Positions 49,121-56,838 of a stretch of DNA of 56,838 nt are shown one piece after another; within the stretch, counting starts at the first letter, position 1; every line of letters starts with the position of its first letter. The notes beneath the pieces are model-generated. The model searched no databases and was not told the DNA's origin. It saw nothing but the letters and a program-made list of their open reading frames with translations. The stretch comes from Flavobacterium sp. (GTDB taxonomy: Bacteria > Bacteroidota > Bacteroidia > Flavobacteriales > Flavobacteriaceae): assembly GCF_017995345.1 (NCBI RefSeq), contig NZ_JAGOJA010000003.1; one strand, written 5' to 3'. The position numbers and the translations under genes were made by a program.

Positions 49121-50098
49121 ATGATTAATGTTGGAATAATTGGCGGTTCGGGTTACACAGCGGGGGAACTTATCAGAATATTGATGTTTCATCCTAATGC
49201 AAAATTAGATTTTGTCTACAGTACAACCAATGCTGGAAAACCACTTTCGGTTGCGCATCATGATTTACTAGGTGATATTGAAATGAATTTTACAGATACT
49301 GTGAATCCAAATGTGAATGTTGTTTTCTTGTGTTTGGGACACGGAAAATCGATTTCTTTTTTAGAAAATAATCAATTTGCAAAACATACCAAAATCATCG
49401 ATTTAGGAAATGATTTCAGATTGACGAAAGACAAAGACTTTGAAGGCAAATCATTCGTTTACGGCTTACCTGAACTAAACAAAGCCAACATTAAAAACGC
49501 AAACTATATCGCTAATCCGGGTTGTTTTGCAACAGCAATTCAACTAGCATTATTACCATTGGCTAAAAATAAAATGCTTACAAGTGATGTTCATATAAAC
49601 GCTACAACTGGAAGTACGGGAGCTGGAGTTACACCTTCGGAAACCACCCATTTTAGCTGGAGATCAAATAATATGTCACATTACAAAGCTTTTGACCATC
49701 AACATTTAGGTGAAATAAACCAAAGTGTGAATCAATTACAAACTTCGTATGCTGATGAATTAATTTTTATTCCCAACAGAGGAGATTTTGCAAGAGGAAT
49801 TTTCGCAACATTATACACCGATGTAGCGGAAAGTTTAGAAGACGTAGTGGCAAAATATGAGGCTTTTTATGCAGCTCAACCATTTGTAACCGTTACCACC
49901 ACTGGAATCAACATGAAACAAGTAGTACAAACCAACAAATGTATTATTAGTTTAATGAAAAAAGGAAACCGGTTGTTGATTACTTCAGTAATTGACAATT
50001 TAACAAAAGGAGCCTCAGGACAAGCCGTACAAAACATGAATTTGATGTTTGGACTGGATGAAACCACAGGATTGCATTTGAAACCTTCAGGCTTTTAA
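49121..50098 (+). CDS. argC: N-acyl-gamma-glutamyl-phosphate reductase
   Basis: GGSGYTAGEL, ANPGCF, DNLTKGASGQA. Confidence 0.96.
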   Translation: MINVGIIGGSGYTAGELIRILMFHPNAKLDFVYSTTNAGKPLSVAHHDLLGDIEMNFTDTVNPNVNVVFLCLGHGKSISFLENNQFAKHTKIIDLGNDFRLTKDKDFEGKSFVYGLPELNKANIKNANYIANPGCFATAIQLALLPLAKNKMLTSDVHINATTGSTGAGVTPSETTHFSWRSNNMSHYKAFDHQHLGEINQSVNQLQTSYADELIFIPNRGDFARGIFATLYTDVAESLEDVVAKYEAFYAAQPFVTVTTTGINMKQVVQTNKCIISLMKKGNRLLITSVIDNLTKGASGQAVQNMNLMFGLDETTGLHLKPSGF

Positions 50099-50165
50099 AA
50101 ATTTGTTTCAAGTTTAAGGCTGCACACATAACCTTAAACCTTAAACCATTTAAACAAAAAACAAA

Positions 50166-51302
50166 ATGAACTTATTTGACGTTTACCCATTATACCCAAT
50201 TACCCCTGTAAAAGCATTAGATTGTACGATTACAGACGATAAAGGAATCGAATATTTAGACTTATATTCTGGTCACGGAGTAATTTCTATCGGTCACACC
50301 CAACCGGATTATGTGACCAAAGTAAAAGCACAATTAGACAATTTGAGTTTTTACTCGAATGCAATTCAGAATCCATTGCAAGTAGAACTCGCTGAAAAAC
50401 TAGGAAAAGCTTCGGGCTTGACAGATCACAGTTTGTTTTTATGCAGTTCTGGGGCTGAAGCTAATGAAAATGCGTTGAAAGTAGCTTCTTTTCACACGAA
50501 CAAATCAAGAGTGATTGCTTTTGACAATTCGTTTCACGGAAGAACTTCGGCTGCAGTTGCGGCTACCGATAACAAAAAAATTGTTGCGCCAATCAATGCA
50601 CAACAAGTAGTTACTTTCTTGCCATTGAACCAAATTGATTTGGTAGAAGCTGAACTCAAAAAAGGCGATGTTTGCGCCGTAATCATCGAGCCAATTCAAG
50701 GCGTTGGTGGTTTAGATCAAGCAACTACCGAGTTTTTCCAAGCACTTGAAAAAGTATGTGCGGACAAAGAAGTCGTTTTAATTTTAGACGAAGTACAATC
50801 AGGTTACGGACGAAGTGGGAAATTCTTTGCTTTTCAGCACCACGGAATCAATCCTGACATTGTAACGACTGCCAAAGGAATGGGGAACGGTTTCCCGATT
50901 GGAGGCGTTTTAATTTCGCCAAAATTCCAAGCGAGCTATGGATTACTAGGAACTACTTTTGGTGGAAGTCATCTAGCTTGTGCTGCAGGAATTGCAGTTT
51001 TAGACGTTATGGAAGCTAAAAACCTAATCGAAAATACGAACAAAGTATCTGAATACTTTTTTGAAGCGATTAAAGTGATTCCAGAAATCATCAAAGTAAA
51101 AGGAAGAGGATTAATGCTGGGCGTTGAATTTGATTTTGACGTAAGCGCTTTGAGAAAGAAAATGATAATCGAAAAACATATTTTCACTGGTGGTGCGAAC
51201 AATAAAAACCTATTAAGAATTCTTCCTCCATTGACAATTACTACGGAAGCAATTGACACATTTATAGTGGCTTTGCGAGAATCATTGGCAGAATTGAAAT
51301 AA
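50166..51302 (+). CDS. argD: Acylornithine aminotransferase
   Basis: SGAEANE, FHGRT, DEVQSG, AKGMGNGFP; arg operon context. Confidence 0.92.
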   Translation: MNLFDVYPLYPITPVKALDCTITDDKGIEYLDLYSGHGVISIGHTQPDYVTKVKAQLDNLSFYSNAIQNPLQVELAEKLGKASGLTDHSLFLCSSGAEANENALKVASFHTNKSRVIAFDNSFHGRTSAAVAATDNKKIVAPINAQQVVTFLPLNQIDLVEAELKKGDVCAVIIEPIQGVGGLDQATTEFFQALEKVCADKEVVLILDEVQSGYGRSGKFFAFQHHGINPDIVTTAKGMGNGFPIGGVLISPKFQASYGLLGTTFGGSHLACAAGIAVLDVMEAKNLIENTNKVSEYFFEAIKVIPEIIKVKGRGLMLGVEFDFDVSALRKKMIIEKHIFTGGANNKNLLRILPPLTITTEAIDTFIVALRESLAELK

Positions 51303-51326
51303 TTTTAAAACATTAAACAAAAACCA

Positions 51327-52523
51327 ATGAACCACTTATTATCAATAGAAAAACGAAATTCAGTTTTAAATCGGATGGCCAAAATTCTGGAACAAGAAAG
51401 AGCCAATCTTAAAGCGATTAATCAACAGGATTTAAACAATTATACTGGTGATGATTTGGCCATGGAAAAACGTTTACTGGTTGATGACGCCAAAATTGAC
51501 GGCATGATTTTGTCTCTGCAACAATTAGCAAGTCAAGAAGATCCTATTGGTGTGGAACGATTCCATTTTGTACACGACAATGGAATTAAAATTACCAATA
51601 AAACAGCGGCTTTTGGAACCATAATGATTATTTATGAATCCAGACCTGATGTCACTGTTGAAGCTGGTGGAATCGCATTTAAATCTGGAAACAAAATTTT
51701 ATTAAAAGGTGGAAAAGAATCTTTAGGATCCAACTTAAAAATTGTGGAGTTGTGGCATCAAGCTTTGACTGATAATAATGTTGCTACTTCTTGGGTCGAA
51801 TATTTAAATTATGATAGAACGGAAACTCAGGCATTTTTAGAAAAACCAACACAAAAAGTAGATTTAATCGTTCCTCGTGGTGGTGAAAATCTCATTGCTT
51901 TTGTAAAAAAACACGCCACTTGTCCAGTAATCATAAGTGGTCGAGGAAATAATTTTGTATATGTAAATGCCGAAGCAAATTTAGAAAAAGCAACTGCAAT
52001 TATCATTAACGGAAAAACTTCAAATATATCTGTTTGCAACGCTTTGGATAAAGTTTTAATTGATACCAATCTTGACAATTGGGAAGCTTTTGCAAAGAAA
52101 ATTATTTCCGAATTACAACAAAGAAACGTTACTGTTTTAGGTGATGAAAACATTTCAAAAGCAACTAATGTGCCTCAGATTGAATCGGAGTTAATTTGGC
52201 ACGAAGAGTTTTTAGATTATAAAATTGTTATTGGAACAACCAATTCAAATCAAGAAGCGATTGACAAAATCAATACCTATTGTGGAGGGCATTCAGCTTC
52301 AATCATCACACAAAATAATGCAATTGCCCAAGAATTCATGGAAAACGTGGATACGGCTGCGGTGTATCAAAATGCGTCTACCCGATTTACTGATGGAGGA
52401 CAATTTGGTTTAGGTGGAGAATTGGCGATAAGCACCGATAAATTGCACCAACGCGGACCAATAGGCTTGCAACATTTGGTTACCAATAAATGGTATATTT
52501 ACGGAGATGGACAAATACGGTAG
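51327..52523 (+). CDS. proA: Gamma-glutamyl phosphate reductase
   Basis: YESRP, VCNAL, NASTRFTDG. Confidence 0.95.
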   Translation: MNHLLSIEKRNSVLNRMAKILEQERANLKAINQQDLNNYTGDDLAMEKRLLVDDAKIDGMILSLQQLASQEDPIGVERFHFVHDNGIKITNKTAAFGTIMIIYESRPDVTVEAGGIAFKSGNKILLKGGKESLGSNLKIVELWHQALTDNNVATSWVEYLNYDRTETQAFLEKPTQKVDLIVPRGGENLIAFVKKHATCPVIISGRGNNFVYVNAEANLEKATAIIINGKTSNISVCNALDKVLIDTNLDNWEAFAKKIISELQQRNVTVLGDENISKATNVPQIESELIWHEEFLDYKIVIGTTNSNQEAIDKINTYCGGHSASIITQNNAIAQEFMENVDTAAVYQNASTRFTDGGQFGLGGELAISTDKLHQRGPIGLQHLVTNKWYIYGDGQIR

Positions 52524-52565
52524 TGTTCAATAAACAGTTATTAGTGTTCAGTTTGAAAAATCATC

Positions 52566-52646
52566 AACCACTAAATTAGAATTTAAAAAAGCTTTGTGAG
52601 CTTTGAGTTTTTAAAGTAAAAATAAAACTTTGTGCCCTTTGTGGTT
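52566..52646. repeat. Degenerate palindromic element with ctttgtg subrepeats
   Basis: aaccactaa ... ctttgtgag ctttgag ... ctttgtgcc ctttgtggtt. Confidence 0.45.
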
Positions 52647-52654
52647 AAACAACT

Positions 52655-53416
52655 ATGGCTAAAAAAAGAATATTATTAAAGTTAGGAAGCAATACGTTAA
52701 CCAAAGAAACCAATCATATTTCGAGAGGAAAGATTGAAGATATTGGGATACAAATAGCCGCTTTACAAGACGATTACGAGTTCATCATTGTGAGTTCCGG
52801 TGCGATTGCAGCCGCCAAACAATTTGTAAAACTGGAAAACCAAGACAAAGATGTTTTTGTAAAACAAGCATTGGCTTCGATTGGGCAGCCTCATTTGATG
52901 CGGATTTACCAAGAGAATTTTAGTGATTTAGGATTGTTGATTTCGCAGTGTTTGCTTTCTTATTCCGATTTCGAAAAAGAACAATCCAAAGTAAATATCG
53001 TGAACACCATCAATGTGTTGGTCAAAAATAATTACATCCCAATTATCAATGAAAATGATACTGTGGCTACGGATGAAATTCGGTTTGGTGATAACGATAA
53101 ATTAGCCGCTTTAACCGCCGTTTTACTAAATGTTGACATTTTGATTATTGCTACAAATACGAACGGGATTTATACCAAAACATCAATTAATGATGCTGCT
53201 CCTGAAACCATTTCTATAGTAACTGATTTGAAAGTATTGGAAAAAGAGATTGGCGATTCGAAATCCTCACATGGAACCGGCGGAATGCAATCTAAAATAG
53301 AAGCCTCGGCAATTGCCAAAGCAGCCAATATTGAAACCTGGATTGTCAATGGATTGGAAGATAATTTTATTTTGAAAGCTTTAAAAAACGAAATACATTT
53401 TACTAAAATTCTATAA
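52655..53416 (+). CDS. proB: Glutamate 5-kinase (no PUA domain)
   Basis: KLGS, VSSGAI, NENDTV, FGDND, GTGGMQSK. Confidence 0.95.
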   Translation: MAKKRILLKLGSNTLTKETNHISRGKIEDIGIQIAALQDDYEFIIVSSGAIAAAKQFVKLENQDKDVFVKQALASIGQPHLMRIYQENFSDLGLLISQCLLSYSDFEKEQSKVNIVNTINVLVKNNYIPIINENDTVATDEIRFGDNDKLAALTAVLLNVDILIIATNTNGIYTKTSINDAAPETISIVTDLKVLEKEIGDSKSSHGTGGMQSKIEASAIAKAANIETWIVNGLEDNFILKALKNEIHFTKIL

Positions 53417-53423
53417 ATAATGT

Positions 53424-53921
53424 ACACAGATTAAACGGATTCGCTATCGCGAAGACACTGATAAAAACAGATTTTTAAAATGGATTTAAAACATAAAGAA
53501 TTAACGGATGGTATTTTAAAAACTTTTTATGAAGTCTATAATGAATTGGGATATGGCTTTTTAGAAAAAGTATATCAAAATTCAATGTATATAGAATTGA
53601 AAAATAAAGGATACAAAGTTGAAGCTCAAAGTAAAATTAAAGTTTACTATAAAGAAACTGAAGTTGGCGAATATTATGCAGATTTAATGGTAGAAAATCT
53701 AGTGATATTGGAACTAAAAGCAGTTGATTATATTGTAAAAGATTTTGAAAACCAAATTTTAAATTATTTAAGAAGCACCGATTGTGAAGTAGGTTTACTT
53801 TTAAACTTTGGAAAGAAACCTGAATTCAGAAGGAAAATTTTTGAAAATAACAGAAAATAAGAAATATTAAAAATCCGTTTTAATCTGTGTCTTCGCGATA
53901 GCGAATCCGTTTAATCCGCGT
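53424..53921. mobile_element. Inverted-repeat-bounded cassette carrying a GxxExxY gene
   Basis: 55-bp arms at 53424-53478 and 53867-53921, 50/55 inverted identity with a 30-bp perfect core. Confidence 0.7.
53480..53860 (+). CDS. GxxExxY protein (PD-(D/E)xK nuclease fold)
   Basis: GFLEKVY, ADLMVENLVILELK, QILNY, GLLLNFG. Confidence 0.92.
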   Translation: MDLKHKELTDGILKTFYEVYNELGYGFLEKVYQNSMYIELKNKGYKVEAQSKIKVYYKETEVGEYYADLMVENLVILELKAVDYIVKDFENQILNYLRSTDCEVGLLLNFGKKPEFRRKIFENNRK

Positions 53922-53944
53922 CCAAAAACTTAAAACACATAACA

Positions 53945-54934
53945 ATGAACTACATCTCAATACAAAACATAGATTCGCTCGACAAATGGGTGAAACAAGC
54001 ATTAAAAATTAAAAAAAAACCATTAAAAAACAAAAAACTTGGTAAGAACAAAACCTTGGGAATGTTGTTTTTTAATTCCAGTCTAAGAACGCGATTGAGT
54101 ACTCAAAAAGCAGCTTTAAATTTAGGAATGAACGTCATGGTAATGAATTTTACCAGCGAAGGATGGACGCTAGAATTTGAAGATGGTGCAGTAATGAATC
54201 AAGGGGCATCAGAACATATTAAAGAAGCTGCCGAAGTAGTTTCTCAATATTGCGACATTATCGCTATCAGAGCTTTTGCCGGACTGATTGATAAAGAAAA
54301 AGACAATGCCGAAACCGTACTTTCTGGTTTCTTAAAATACGCTACTGTTCCTATTGTCAATATGGAAAGCGCTACAGGGCATCCGTTACAGTCATTGGCA
54401 GACGCGATTACCATGGCGGAACACAAAACAGAACACCGACCAAAAGTAGTTTTAACTTGGGCACCACATCCTAAAGCGTTACCTCAAGCTGTAGCCAATT
54501 CCTTCGTGCAAATGATGCAGTTACAAGACGCTGATTTTGTAATCACGCATCCCGAAGGCTACGAATTGGATCCTGAAATCACAAAAGATTCCAAGATTGA
54601 ATACGACCAAGATAAAGCTTTTGAAAATGCTGATTTTATTTATACCAAAAATTGGAGTAATTATAAGGAATATGGTCAGATTACTAATTCCGATCCTAAT
54701 TGGACCGTAACTGCCGATAAAATGAAGTTGACTAACAATGCTAAGTTTATGCACTGTTTGCCCGTAAGACGTAATGTAATTGTTACAGATGAAGTGATTG
54801 ACAGTGAAAACTCACTCGTGATTGAACAAGCTAATAATAGAACCTATGCTGTACAATTAGTGTTGGAAAAAATATTGAGCTTCTTAGCGCCCAAAGAGAA
54901 AACAAAAAAGAAATCAAAAAAAGATAAGAAATGA
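53945..54934 (+). CDS. argF: N-acylornithine carbamoyltransferase (ArgF', probably succinyl-specific)
   Basis: SLRT, HPLQ, LTWAPHP, HCLPVRR. Confidence 0.9.
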   Translation: MNYISIQNIDSLDKWVKQALKIKKKPLKNKKLGKNKTLGMLFFNSSLRTRLSTQKAALNLGMNVMVMNFTSEGWTLEFEDGAVMNQGASEHIKEAAEVVSQYCDIIAIRAFAGLIDKEKDNAETVLSGFLKYATVPIVNMESATGHPLQSLADAITMAEHKTEHRPKVVLTWAPHPKALPQAVANSFVQMMQLQDADFVITHPEGYELDPEITKDSKIEYDQDKAFENADFIYTKNWSNYKEYGQITNSDPNWTVTADKMKLTNNAKFMHCLPVRRNVIVTDEVIDSENSLVIEQANNRTYAVQLVLEKILSFLAPKEKTKKKSKKDKK

Positions 54935-55719
54935 TTCAAAAAGCCAAAAGTCTATCTATCATAAAAATCGGTGGAAACATTATTGATAATGCTAATGAAT
55001 TAAACCAATTTTTATCTAATTTTTCAAAGATTGAAGGGTACAAAGTATTGGTTCATGGTGGCGGAAAATCAGCGACAAAAATGGCCGAAAGCATTGGCTT
55101 AATACCTCAAATGATTGATGGAAGACGCATCACCGATGCACCTATGCTTGATGTAGTTGTGATGATTTACGCAGGCCAAATCAACAAAAATATTGTTGCT
55201 CAATTGCAAGCCAATAACACTAATGCAATGGGGTTTTCCGGTGCCGATGGAAATTTAATTCAATCCACAAAAAGAAATCATCCAACTATTGATTATGGTT
55301 TTGTGGGCGATGTTCAAAAAGTAAATACACCAGTATTAGAAACGTTGCTTTCAAATGGAATCGTTCCTGTATTTTGTGCGATTACACATGATGGAAAAGG
55401 ACAATTATTAAACACCAATGCGGACACCATCGCCAGTGAATTAGCCATTGCCTTATCCGAATTTTTTGAGGTAACTTTGAACTATTGTTTCGAAAAGCCA
55501 GGCGTGTTATTTGATGCTGAAGACGATACTTCCGTAATTGAGAATATCAATCCAGCATTATATTCCAAATTAAAAGCCGAAAAAGCCATACATTCCGGGA
55601 TGATTCCTAAATTAGACAACTGTTTCAATAGTTTGTCCAAAGGAGTTCAACAAATAAAAATTGGTCATCACAAAATGTTGCAAGACAAGACCGCAATTTA
55701 TACGAGCATCAAACTATAA
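54931..55719 (+). CDS. argB: N-acylglutamate kinase
   Basis: KIGG, VHGGG, GRRITD, NTNAD, GMIPKL. Confidence 0.95.
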   Translation: MIQKAKSLSIIKIGGNIIDNANELNQFLSNFSKIEGYKVLVHGGGKSATKMAESIGLIPQMIDGRRITDAPMLDVVVMIYAGQINKNIVAQLQANNTNAMGFSGADGNLIQSTKRNHPTIDYGFVGDVQKVNTPVLETLLSNGIVPVFCAITHDGKGQLLNTNADTIASELAIALSEFFEVTLNYCFEKPGVLFDAEDDTSVIENINPALYSKLKAEKAIHSGMIPKLDNCFNSLSKGVQQIKIGHHKMLQDKTAIYTSIKL

Positions 55720-55776
55720 AAGTAAAACTCGAATTTTCACTAATTAAAAACCGTAGCGCCATAGCCGTATAAAAAT

Positions 55777-56838
55777 ATGAAGAGTATAGAAACCCTTACA
55801 CAAGAAGCCATAGCACTATTAAAAAACCTGATTGAAACCGAATCTTTTTCAAGTGAAGAAGAACACACAGCGGCTTTGATTGAAAAATGGTTTACACAAA
55901 ATAACATCCCTTTCGAAAGAGAAAATAATAATGTTTGGGCGTATAATAAGACATTTGATAAGAGTAAACCAACTCTTTTATTGAATTCCCATCATGATAC
56001 CGTAAGACCCAATCAGGCATATACCAAAGATCCTTTAAAAGCCATTGTCGAAGATGGTAAATTATATGGTTTAGGTAGTAATGATGCAGGAGGTTGTTTG
56101 GTTTCCTTGTTGGCTACTTTTGCACATTTTTATTCGAATGAAAAACTACCTTACAATATCGTAATGGTCGCTTCAGCCGAAGAAGAAAGCAGCGGAAAAA
56201 ATGGGTTAAACAGCGTACTCAAACATTTACCAAAGTTGGACTGCGCAATTGTAGGTGAACCCACTTTGATGCAATTAGCCATAGCCGAAAAAGGGCTATT
56301 GGTACTCGATGTTATTGTAAAAGGAACGCCAAGTCATGCCGCACATCAAAACGAAGACAATCCAATTTACAATGCTATTCCCGTAATCGAATGGTTTAAC
56401 AGCTTTAAATTCGAAAAAATATCAGAGCAATTAGGCCCCGTAAAAATGACTGTAACCCAAATCAATGCTGGAAAACAACACAATGTTGTGCCGTCTCAAT
56501 GCGATTTGGTTGTCGATATTAGGGTGAATGATTGCTATACAAATTCCGAAATTTTAGCTATTATCAAAAAACAGCTAACTGCTGAAATCAATCCGCGATC
56601 CATGCATTTGAATGCCTCATCGATTCCTGTTGCGCATGGATTGGTGCAGGCTGGAATAGCACTAGGAAGAACAACCTATGGCTCACCTACTCTTTCGGAT
56701 CAGTCGGTATTGAGTTGTCAATCCTTGAAATTGGGTCCTGGAGATACGCTGCGGTCACACTCCGCAAACGAATTTATATTTATAAACGAAATTGAAGAAG
56801 GAATTGAGTTGTATATCAAAATACTAACTGATTTTTTC
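55777..56838 (+). CDS. argE: M20 family deacylase (ArgE-like), 3' end truncated by window
   Basis: Open frame from ATG 55777 to the window end; LNSHHDTV, GSNDAG, AEEE, GEPT, SHAAH; absent from the ORF track because no stop is reached. Confidence 0.88.
   Translation, partial: MKSIETLTQEAIALLKNLIETESFSSEEEHTAALIEKWFTQNNIPFERENNNVWAYNKTFDKSKPTLLLNSHHDTVRPNQAYTKDPLKAIVEDGKLYGLGSNDAGGCLVSLLATFAHFYSNEKLPYNIVMVASAEEESSGKNGLNSVLKHLPKLDCAIVGEPTLMQLAIAEKGLLVLDVIVKGTPSHAAHQNEDNPIYNAIPVIEWFNSFKFEKISEQLGPVKMTVTQINAGKQHNVVPSQCDLVVDIRVNDCYTNSEILAIIKKQLTAEINPRSMHLNASSIPVAHGLVQAGIALGRTTYGSPTLSDQSVLSCQSLKLGPGDTLRSHSANEFIFINEIEEGIELYIKILTDFF

Noticed and set aside
53424-53921. Classical IS element
   Set aside because: No DDE, HUH or serine/tyrosine recombinase ORF and no clear target-site duplication; kept only as an atypical cassette
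1615-54754. Many short antisense or nested ORFs in the track (for example 1615-1872, 12155-12532, 21468-21857, 33673-33999, 46769-47020, 51827-52153)
   Set aside because: They overlap well-supported genes or regulatory DNA and have no recognisable motifs; treated as shadow ORFs

Overview
AT-rich Bacteroidota DNA, most likely Flavobacterium (TAnnTTTG -7 promoter elements, Bacteroidetes-type arg/pro operon). From left to right: (1) the end of a Crp/Fnr regulator gene, then four exact-period 89-bp tandem units, each carrying a TTGAAC-N2-GTTCAA palindrome and a -7-like element, ahead of a pirin/YceI/YcaC/amidohydrolase/DoxX/porin/YoaK/Mhq-type dioxygenase cluster. (2) A minus-strand narK1-narK2 operon that continues not with narGHJI but with a NarI-like membrane protein, a NasA/NapA-type Mo enzyme, a four-cluster ferredoxin, a Tat-anchored Rieske protein and a small membrane protein. 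This is the best candidate for an uncharacterised nitrate-respiration complex. (3) A Moco biosynthesis operon with an HTH-only ModE, a ModE box and a TSUP permease. (4) A PixA/AidA-like gene coupled to a TPR-adenylate cyclase, a pseudogene, pflBA, an ABC exporter and an AraC/RR/HK module. (5) A decayed miaE pseudogene, glyA, fahA and a lipoprotein. (6) The arg/pro operon, with a candidate leader peptide and a GxxExxY nuclease-fold gene enclosed by 55-bp inverted repeats. No rRNA, tRNA or CRISPR array was seen. All family assignments come from motif recognition by eye; no database search was run.
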